From a virus: a stretch of DNA of 45,169 bases. Both the position numbers and the translations under genes were made by a program. Below the pieces are notes generated by a model. The model made no database searches and had not been told where the DNA came from. It saw nothing but the letters and a program-made list of their open reading frames with translations. The stretch covers positions 1 to 45,169 of IMG/VR virus record IMGVR_UViG_3300034069_000054; one strand, 5' to 3'. Positions 1 through 6,282 of this stretch are shown piece after piece; position 1 is the stretch's first letter, and every line of letters starts with the position of its first letter.

Positions 1-141
1 CGCCGGCCGCGCTCAAGATGGCCGGCCTGATCGAACAGCGCACCACCGACCAGCTGTTCGCCGACCTGCTGCACCTGGACCGGATGCCGAAGACCCCCGA
101 GACGCGCATGGTCGGCGCCGCGATCAGCGACGCCATCACCG
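1..141. repeat. Terminal duplication: bases 1-141 are identical to 45029-45169 (overlap of a circular / circularly permuted assembly, or a short terminal redundancy)
   Basis: Base-by-base comparison of both window ends. The duplicated block lies entirely inside one open reading frame. Unique length is therefore 45,028 bp. Confidence 0.9.
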
Positions 142-260
142 CGCGGGAGAAGATCGACGCCGAACTGGACGCCATCTTTGAGGATCTGGACTTCGCCGGC
201 ACCTACCGCGACGCGATGCTGCTGGCGATCGCCGCGAAGACCGCGAAGGCCGACCAGTGA
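1..260 (+). CDS. Hypothetical protein, C-terminal part of a gene that wraps the window junction (N-terminal part at 44851..45169; 145 aa in the circular molecule)
   Basis: The frame of track ORF 18..260 is open back to base 1 and is in phase with ATG 44851 through the 45,028-bp offset. High GC3. TGA at 258-260. Confidence 0.75.
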   Translation, partial: PAALKMAGLIEQRTTDQLFADLLHLDRMPKTPETRMVGAAISDAITAREKIDAELDAIFEDLDFAGTYRDAMLLAIAAKTAKADQ

Positions 261-637
261 GCGCCGCGGCCGTCGTCGAGCGGTACCAGCCGCGACTGCT
301 GACCAGCTGGGCGACCCGCGTCCAGCTGGCCGGCCGGACCTACGAACTGACCGGCAAGCTGAGCGACGCGCGCGCGATCCGGCAGGCTGAGGAACTGATC
401 GGCATGGAGGCCGGCCACGCAGCGTTCCACGCCGGCCGCGGGAACCACCCGCTGACCGATCCGGCGCTGGCCGCGATCGTCCAGGGCGCCCGCGTCGGCG
501 AGAAGCTGCACGCGCTCGAAGCGTTCAATCGGGCATGGACCCGCGCCAACCTCGCGCAGCCCGTCCCCCGCGAAGACGTCCAGGCGCCGGCCGTGCTCGA
601 CGACGCCGGCCTGGTCTACGAAGCCACCCTGTTCTGA
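257..637 (+). CDS. Hypothetical protein (126 aa)
   Basis: Track ORF. The GTG start overlaps the upstream stop (GTGA). Genome-typical high GC3. Followed by a hairpin. Confidence 0.75.
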   Translation: MSAAAVVERYQPRLLTSWATRVQLAGRTYELTGKLSDARAIRQAEELIGMEAGHAAFHAGRGNHPLTDPALAAIVQGARVGEKLHALEAFNRAWTRANLAQPVPREDVQAPAVLDDAGLVYEATLF

Positions 638-652
638 CCCCCGACCACCAGC

Positions 653-679
653 CGGCCCGGATCTACGCGATCCGGGCCG
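653..679. terminator. Bidirectional terminator-like hairpin between convergent genes (11-bp stem 653-663/669-679, 5-nt loop, GTTT tail on the + strand)
   Basis: CGGCCCGGATC tacgc GATCCGGGCCG read directly. It sits between the + gene ending at 637 and the - gene ending at 689. Confidence 0.6.
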
Positions 680-688
680 TTTGGCGTA

Positions 689-1018
689 TCAGCTGGCCGG
701 CCGGCCGAAGTCCGGGAACAGCCCGCCGATGAACTTCCCGAGGTCGCCGACCACCGGCAGATTGATCCCCGGCGGCAGCAGCTTGTCTATGGACGACTTC
801 GCCGCGTCGACCACTTCGCCGACGTCGGGCCGGCCGTCCTGGTCCAAGTCCGTCACGCGATCCATGGCGCGATCCACCGCGGCACCGACCGCGACCGGGA
901 TCAGCGGAAGGACCACCTTCGCGACCAGCCTGGTCGCGATCGCTTCGGTCCGCGGATCTTCGAGCACGTCCAGAACGACGTCCTTCGTGTGAGCTTTGAG
1001 CGTGTCAACGAATCCCAT
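689..1018 (-). CDS. Hypothetical small protein (109 aa) with an EF-hand-like loop (DLDQDGRPDVGE) and a hydrophobic segment. It is the only reverse-strand gene.
   Basis: Track ORF with ATG start, high GC3 and non-Arg-rich composition, unlike the shadow ORFs. The 12-residue loop fits D-x-D-x-D-G-x-x-x-x-x-E. Confidence 0.8.
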   Translation of the reverse strand: MGFVDTLKAHTKDVVLDVLEDPRTEAIATRLVAKVVLPLIPVAVGAAVDRAMDRVTDLDQDGRPDVGEVVDAAKSSIDKLLPPGINLPVVGDLGKFIGGLFPDFGRPAS

Positions 1019-1031
1019 GGCGCCGACGCTA
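1019..1031 (-). promoter_or_regulatory. Possible -10 element (TAGCGT, minus strand 1031..1026) 7 nt upstream of ATG 1018; candidate leaderless start
   Basis: Same TAGCGT-7nt-ATG geometry as at 32302-32317. No Shine-Dalgarno. No convincing -35 at 16-18 nt (TTGTGC lies only 12 nt away). Confidence 0.3.
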
Positions 1032-1591
1032 CGCCGGCCGGCGGCACAACATCTTGAGGGCCGACACGCGGCCGGCCGCTACAGGTAGACCCGCCTGGAC
1101 TTCGCCGCGGCCGGCGGGTAAAACTGGCGGTCACACCCAGAAGCACGGACCCGAAACCGGCGCGCTGTGTGTGCCCCCACAACTGAATCCGACAGCGTGC
1201 CGCAGGTTCTCCCACCAACGACAAAGGCGCCGAACCGAAGTCCGACGCCCTTGCTGCGAGATAGTCCCCGACAGACCGCCCGCTACATGCTGTCACCGCG
1301 AGATGAACCGATGTTCCTGCATCGTAATACACAGGACCGACCCTGACCAGGCCGAGCAACAGCCGCAGCCGTACCCAACCGGCACAGATGGTGAGTCCCC
1401 ATCCTGCCCAGATTGGTCGAGGGCAGTCGATCGCAGTGGCCGCGGCGCTTACCTAGAAGGCGTGCCCGACGTCGCCACAGCTTGCCGGCCGCTTGAGTGC
1501 CGGGGACCGCTGCGAACCTTCCGGCCACGGCTGGCGAGTAATTCCCGCCGGCGCTGACATGTGGAACGCTCGACGTCCTGACGACGCGACC

Positions 1592-1624
1592 CACGGTTAG
1601 CCTCTGTTCGCAGGGCTAACCGTG
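1592..1624. other. Perfect 11-bp-stem hairpin (CACGGTTAGCC / GGCTAACCGTG, 11-nt loop) inside the long non-coding region upstream of the late operon
   Basis: Read directly. No T-tail, so function is unknown (RNA structure in a late leader, protein-binding palindrome, or origin element). Confidence 0.5.
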
Positions 1625-1734
1625 CCCACTCTCCGAACCCTCCGACGCAGACGGCGCAGGCCGAGCTACGCGATTCGACCAGCACAGCGTCTATCGTCGG
1701 AGACGCAGCACCAACCAGCGACCACGGAGGAACC

Positions 1735-2061
1735 ATGGCACCCAAGAGCACCAGCACCCCGGACACGCCCGACAGCGGCGAGCCGACGACCAGCGTCAGC
1801 GCCACCGACGCCAGCACCACCGAAGGCGCCAAGGCTGCCGGCGTCCAGGCGCCCACAGCCACCCCGTCGAGCGCCGGCGGCGCAGCCACCGCACAGCAGG
1901 ACGCAGCACAGGCGCCCACCAGCGGCGACCAGGTGACGCGCGTCCAGATCGAACAGGCACCCCCGGAGCCTGACGTGCTGTACCCCGGATCGCAGGACGC
2001 CACCGACCCCAATCGGAAGCACGTCCGCGCCGATTACCAGCCGTTTGACTGGAACGCGTAG
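1735..2061 (+). CDS. Hypothetical protein (108 aa), Ser/Thr/Ala/Pro-rich and probably disordered; first gene of the late operon
   Basis: Track ORF. Strong SD (GGAGGA) 5 nt upstream of the ATG. High GC3. Confidence 0.8.
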   Translation: MAPKSTSTPDTPDSGEPTTSVSATDASTTEGAKAAGVQAPTATPSSAGGAATAQQDAAQAPTSGDQVTRVQIEQAPPEPDVLYPGSQDATDPNRKHVRADYQPFDWNA

Positions 2062-2073
2062 GCCGGCGCGCTG

Positions 2074-2397
2074 ATGGCCGTCGGTCGCAACACCGCACAG
2101 CGGGACCGTGACCGGCGCGCCATCATGCGCGGGCATCCCGATTGCGGCAGCCCGTACCACGATTGCAGCGCCAAGCATCCCGATTGCGGGATCTGCGGGG
2201 AGCCGATCGACTACGAACTTCCCTACCTGGACCCATGGGAATACGTGGTGGATCACGTCGTGCCCGTCATCGCAGGCGGACCCGACACGCTGCCCAACAA
2301 GCAGGCCGCGCATCGCTGCTGCAACAGGGACAAGTCCGACAAGCTGGCCGACGCACAACCAGCCGGCACGACGTTTGTCACGTCACGCACCTGGTAA
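2074..2397 (+). CDS. HNH endonuclease
   Basis: The translation has Cys pairs (CGSPYHDC, CGIC) and the HNH core DHVVPVIAGGPDTLPNKQAAHRCCNRDK. It lies next to the terminase genes. Confidence 0.85.
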   Translation: MAVGRNTAQRDRDRRAIMRGHPDCGSPYHDCSAKHPDCGICGEPIDYELPYLDPWEYVVDHVVPVIAGGPDTLPNKQAAHRCCNRDKSDKLADAQPAGTTFVTSRTW

Positions 2398-2425
2398 GCC
2401 CACCACCAACGACAGGACCAGGACC

Positions 2426-2728
2426 ATGACCCACAGCCCAGCGATGAGAGCCGCACTGGACGCGCTCGACTGCGCCATCGTGGACGTGTTCGAGGCCATC
2501 CGCGCCGACGACGACGACACACCAGCCGACGCGATCCCCGTCGATGCCGTGCTGTTGATCGGGGTCCAGCACATCGACAGCGACGACGACGCGCGCGTGG
2601 GCTACACCGAAGTAGTCCCCCGCCATGGCGCCCAGCCGGCCTACATCACGCGCGGCCTGCTCGACGACGCCCGGAAGCTGCTCGACCAAGTGGCAGACCA
2701 GGGCGACGACAGACCCCAGGGCGGGTGA
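2426..2728 (+). CDS. Hypothetical highly acidic protein (100 aa)
   Basis: ATG at residue 107 of track ORF 2108..2728, preceded by GACAGGACCAGGACC. The upstream part of that ORF is Arg/Pro/Ser junk overlapping the HNH gene. Asp-rich (ADDDDTP, DSDDDA). Confidence 0.7.
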   Translation: MTHSPAMRAALDALDCAIVDVFEAIRADDDDTPADAIPVDAVLLIGVQHIDSDDDARVGYTEVVPRHGAQPAYITRGLLDDARKLLDQVADQGDDRPQGG

Positions 2729-2746
2729 CCCCCCACCCCCGCACCA

Positions 2747-2778
2747 GGCGCCCCCCGTGGCATTGGCGGCGCCCCCCC
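2747..2778. repeat. Two direct copies of GGCGCCCCCC spaced 21 bp apart, in a C-tract/A-tract intergenic region (2729-2814); candidate packaging-recognition (cos/pac) region
   Basis: Copies at 2747-2756 and 2768-2777. The surrounding sequence has C6, C5, C6, C7 and C4 runs, then CCGAAAAACCGAAAAG. Lies immediately upstream of the putative small terminase gene. Confidence 0.35.
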
Positions 2779-2814
2779 TGACTTCCCCGAAAAACCGAAA
2801 AGATCGGAGGCGCG

Positions 2815-3144
2815 ATGGCCGGCAAACCGCCGCTGCGGGCCGTGAAGGATGGCGAGGCTGCGCCGGCGCCGCCGAAGAAGCGGGCGCCGGCGAAGCGGAC
2901 GCGGACGATGGCGCAGGCCGCGAAGCTGTCGAAGAAGACGTTTCTGGAAGCTGTGCGCGACAAGCTGGCCGCGCAGATGGACGACCCGCGATCGCACCCG
3001 CGGGACGTGATCGCTGCCGCTACGAAGGTGCTCGAAGTCCAGGCGCAGATCGACGCGCTGAACCCCAAGAAGGCCGCGCCGGTCGCGCCGAAGACAGCCA
3101 TAGCAGATACGCCGAATGAGTCCTGGGACGCAGACGCCATCTAA
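2815..3144 (+). CDS. Putative terminase small subunit (109 aa, basic N-terminus)
   Basis: Track ORF with SD (GGAGG) 6 nt upstream. Directly precedes and overlaps the large terminase. Lys/Arg-rich N-terminal segment. Assigned by position only. Confidence 0.5.
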   Translation: MAGKPPLRAVKDGEAAPAPPKKRAPAKRTRTMAQAAKLSKKTFLEAVRDKLAAQMDDPRSHPRDVIAAATKVLEVQAQIDALNPKKAAPVAPKTAIADTPNESWDADAI

Positions 3145-4684
3145 GACGCGGACGCCGAAGAAGGGCCGGCCGACACCGCGGCGCCCTGCTGCTGGTCCGC
3201 GCGCCGGCCGGCCGGCCACGAAGCCGCCGGACGGGCCGAAGCTGTCCGAGGTCGCGCGGCACGTCATCCCCCCGACTGGGATCGTGGCGACGGCGTGGCC
3301 GAAGGTCCGCGATACGTGCTCGAACATCGGCTGGACGTTCGACCGCTGGCAGGACGGGCTGGGCCGGCTGATCCTGGCGCTGGACACGGCCGGCTACTAC
3401 GCGGCCGATACGTCGGTGATCAGCATTCCGCGGCAGGTCGGCAAGACGTACCTGGTCGGGTGCATCGTGTTTGCGCTGGCGCTGCTGAACCCGCGGCTGA
3501 CCGTGATCTGGACGGCGCACCGCACGAAGACCGCCGAAGAGACGTTCGACAGCTTCAAGGCGATGTGCGAGAACAACCCGCTGCTGGGCGGGGTCGGCGG
3601 GCCGATCATCCGCCGGATCAGTGAGTCGCGCGGCGACAAAGGGATCTACCTGCGGAACGGCAGCCGGATTCTGTTCGGCGCGCGCGAACATGGGTTCGGT
3701 CTGGGTTTCGCCGGCGTGGGCGTGTTGGTGCTCGACGAGGCGCAGCGCGTCACGAATCAGGCGATGGACGACCTGATCCCGACGATGAACACGGTCGCCA
3801 ATCCGCTGATCCTGATGACGGGCACACCGCCGCGGCCGACGGACAACGGCGAAGTGTTCGCGATGCTGCGGCAGGACGCGCTGGACGGCGAGGCCGAAGG
3901 CACGCTGTACGTCGAGTTCTCCGCGGACGAGGGCGCCGACCCCGACGACCGGGCGCAGCTGCGGAAGGCGAACCCGTCCTACCCGCACCGCACCGGCGAA
4001 AAGGCGATCCGCCGGATGCGGAAGAACCTCACCGAAGAGTCGTTCTTGCGCGAGGCGCTGGGCATCTGGGACAAGAACATCAACCGGCCGATTGTGACGA
4101 CGGCGCGGTGGCGCCGGCTGTTCTCGACTGGGCCGGCCGATGGGACGAAGCCGAACGGGTTCGGTATCGACATGTCGCACGGCCGGCTGCTGTCGGTGAA
4201 CGCGTGCTGGCTGGACGGCGACCAGGCGCACACCGAGGAAGTCTGGGCCGGCGACGACACCGAAGCGTGTCTGAACTGGGTCGAGTCGGCATGGCGCCGT
4301 GCTGGCCGGCGGACGTTCGTCGTGATCGACAGCGAATCGCCGGCGGCGTCGCTGATCATCGACCTACAGAACCGCGGCGTGAATCTTGTCGTGACGAACG
4401 CGCCGCAGATGGCCGCAGCGTGCGGCGCCGTTGAGAATCGGCTGAAAGCTGGCACGCTGACACATGGAGGGCAGGACAGCGTGACGAATGCAGTCGTGAA
4501 GGAGGGCCGGCGCCGGCCGATCCGTGGCGCCGGCGGTTGGGGTTGGGATCGGCGCAACCCGTCGAGCCAGATCCAGCAGGCCGTCGCGATGACGCTGGCG
4601 CTCTACGCTGCGACGAGGAACAAACGAGCCGCGCGACGCGCCGCGGCCGGCATGGCGACGGATAGGGAAGCGGTGGTCCTGTGA
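3116..4684 (+). CDS. terL: Terminase large subunit
   Basis: Walker A-like IPRQVGKT and Walker B-like VGVLVLDEAQ. 522 aa. Position before the portal. The exact start is uncertain because the N-terminal 45 aa is a basic Pro-rich extension. Confidence 0.85.
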   Translation: MSPGTQTPSKTRTPKKGRPTPRRPAAGPRAGRPATKPPDGPKLSEVARHVIPPTGIVATAWPKVRDTCSNIGWTFDRWQDGLGRLILALDTAGYYAADTSVISIPRQVGKTYLVGCIVFALALLNPRLTVIWTAHRTKTAEETFDSFKAMCENNPLLGGVGGPIIRRISESRGDKGIYLRNGSRILFGAREHGFGLGFAGVGVLVLDEAQRVTNQAMDDLIPTMNTVANPLILMTGTPPRPTDNGEVFAMLRQDALDGEAEGTLYVEFSADEGADPDDRAQLRKANPSYPHRTGEKAIRRMRKNLTEESFLREALGIWDKNINRPIVTTARWRRLFSTGPADGTKPNGFGIDMSHGRLLSVNACWLDGDQAHTEEVWAGDDTEACLNWVESAWRRAGRRTFVVIDSESPAASLIIDLQNRGVNLVVTNAPQMAAACGAVENRLKAGTLTHGGQDSVTNAVVKEGRRRPIRGAGGWGWDRRNPSSQIQQAVAMTLALYAATRNKRAARRAAAGMATDREAVVL

Positions 4685-6282
4685 CTTCACCATTACGACG
4701 GCCGACGCGGCGGGCGCAGCGGATCGCGGGCCGCATGTCGCACGTCCAGAAGGCGCTGACGTCGGAGCGGTTCAAGTTTTCGATCCCGGACCTGAACGAC
4801 GACGTAGTGGACACGATCAACCGGCTGTATGACCAGCTGCTCGACCGCACCCCGCGCAACCAGCTGCGCGCAGCGTTCTACGACTGCAAGTACGCGATCG
4901 AATCCATCGGGTCCGTGATTCCCCCGGAGTATCTGCGGACGGCGACCGTGCTGGGCTGGTCGGCGAAGTCGGTCGACACGCTGGCGCGGCGCTGCAACCT
5001 GGACGAGTTCTTCTGGCCGGACGGCGACCTGGACAGCATCGGCGGGACGAAGCTGTGGGACGACAACTGGTTCGCGACGAAAGCGAACAACGGCATGGTG
5101 TCCAGCCTGATCCATGGGCCGGCGTTCCTGATCAACACCGAAGGCGACCCCGACGACGGCGAACCCGACAGCCTGATCCACGTCAAGAGCGCATTGCAGG
5201 CCACCGGCGACTGGAACGCGCGCGCGAACCGGATGGACCGGCTGCTGTCCATCACCGACCGCGACCCCGACACCGGCAACCCGTCGGCGATCGCGCTGTA
5301 CGAAGACGGCGTGACCGTGGTGTCGCGCCGCGACCCGTCCGACGGCACCTGGTCGAGCGACGTCCAGACACACAGCTACGGCGTGCCGGTCGAAGTGCTG
5401 CCGTACCACCCGCGCGAGGACCGGACGATGGGTTCGAGCCGGATCACGCGGCCGGTCATGTCGCTGCACCGGCGCGCGATCAAGGCCGCGATCCGCATGG
5501 ACGGGCACGCCGACGTCTACAGCTTCCCGCAGCTGATCCTGCTCGGCGCGCAGGCCGCGAACTTCAAGAACCCCGACGGCACGGTCCGGCAGGCGTGGCA
5601 GATCGCGCTGGCGCGCGTGTTCGCGCTGCCCGACGACCCCGACGAGCCGGAAGCGGCGCGCGCTCGGGCCGACGTGAAGCAGTTCCCCGCGTCGTCGCCG
5701 GAACCGCATATCCGCATGATGGAGCAGATCGCCATGATGTTCAGCGGCGAGACGTCGATTCCGGTCGAGTCGCTGGGGTTCTCCAACCGGGCGAACCCGA
5801 CGTCGCCGGACGCGTATATCGCGGCGCGTGAGGATCTGATCGCCGAGGCCGAAGGCGCGACGGATGACTGGGCGCCGGCGTTCCGGCGCAGCTTCCAGCG
5901 CGGGCTGGCGATGCTGAACAACGAGGACGGGATACCAGAGGCGTATCGGTCGATCGACGCGAAGTTCCGGTCGCCGGTCTACCTGTCGCGCGCGGCGCAG
6001 GCTGACGCCGGCAGCAAGCAGCTGTCCAGCGGGCCGGAATGGCTCAAGGAAACGACCGTCGGGCTGGAACTGCTCGGGCTGGACGCGCAGCAGATCAAGC
6101 GGGCGCTGGCCGAGAAGCGGCGCCTGGGCGTGACGAACGTCGTCGAGGCGCTGACGCAGGGCGGCGCCGGCGAAGAGGTTCCCGAAGAGGACCAGCCGGA
6201 AGTGATCGACGGCGAAGCGGACCAGCGGGCGCTGCCGGCCGGCCGACGACTGGCTGCGGTCGATGGCAACCGGGGCGCCTGA
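4681..6282 (+). CDS. Portal protein
   Basis: 533-aa ORF immediately after terL (GTGA overlap) and before the MuF-like gene. Size and synteny are typical of an SPP1-type portal. An alternative ATG start exists at 4735. Confidence 0.75.
   Translation: MTSPLRRPTRRAQRIAGRMSHVQKALTSERFKFSIPDLNDDVVDTINRLYDQLLDRTPRNQLRAAFYDCKYAIESIGSVIPPEYLRTATVLGWSAKSVDTLARRCNLDEFFWPDGDLDSIGGTKLWDDNWFATKANNGMVSSLIHGPAFLINTEGDPDDGEPDSLIHVKSALQATGDWNARANRMDRLLSITDRDPDTGNPSAIALYEDGVTVVSRRDPSDGTWSSDVQTHSYGVPVEVLPYHPREDRTMGSSRITRPVMSLHRRAIKAAIRMDGHADVYSFPQLILLGAQAANFKNPDGTVRQAWQIALARVFALPDDPDEPEAARARADVKQFPASSPEPHIRMMEQIAMMFSGETSIPVESLGFSNRANPTSPDAYIAAREDLIAEAEGATDDWAPAFRRSFQRGLAMLNNEDGIPEAYRSIDAKFRSPVYLSRAAQADAGSKQLSSGPEWLKETTVGLELLGLDAQQIKRALAEKRRLGVTNVVEALTQGGAGEEVPEEDQPEVIDGEADQRALPAGRRLAAVDGNRGA

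Noticed and set aside
1-141. The 141-bp end repeat as a mobile-element LTR / IS terminal repeat or a genuine phage DTR
   Set aside because: The copies are direct and perfectly identical. They lie inside one continuous reading frame, and their boundaries coincide exactly with the window ends. That is the signature of an assembly overlap of a circular contig, and only read-level data could show otherwise.
1343-1400. A third copy of the CTGACCAG promoter block at 1343-1350 in the non-coding region
   Set aside because: Only the 8-mer matches. The following 14 nt (GCAACAGCCGCAGC) share 6 of 14 positions with CGAACGGGTTGCGC, and no TANNNT-ATG arrangement follows.
1054-1557. ORF 1054..1557 (+), including an internal 84-aa candidate from ATG 1303, and minus-strand ORFs 901..1359 and 1283..1594 in the long gap
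   Set aside because: Arg/Cys/Pro-rich products. GC3 (about 68 percent for 1303..1557, counted by hand) is barely above local base composition, against 80-90 percent in accepted genes. No SD. Kept only as something to test under the non-coding-region finding.
1592-1624. Possible tRNA or tRNA-like element around the GTTCGCA-containing hairpin
   Set aside because: An 11-bp perfect stem with an 11-nt loop is incompatible with a T-arm (5-bp stem, 7-nt loop). I could not fold a flanking cloverleaf, and there is no GGTTCGAATCC-type box anywhere in the gap.
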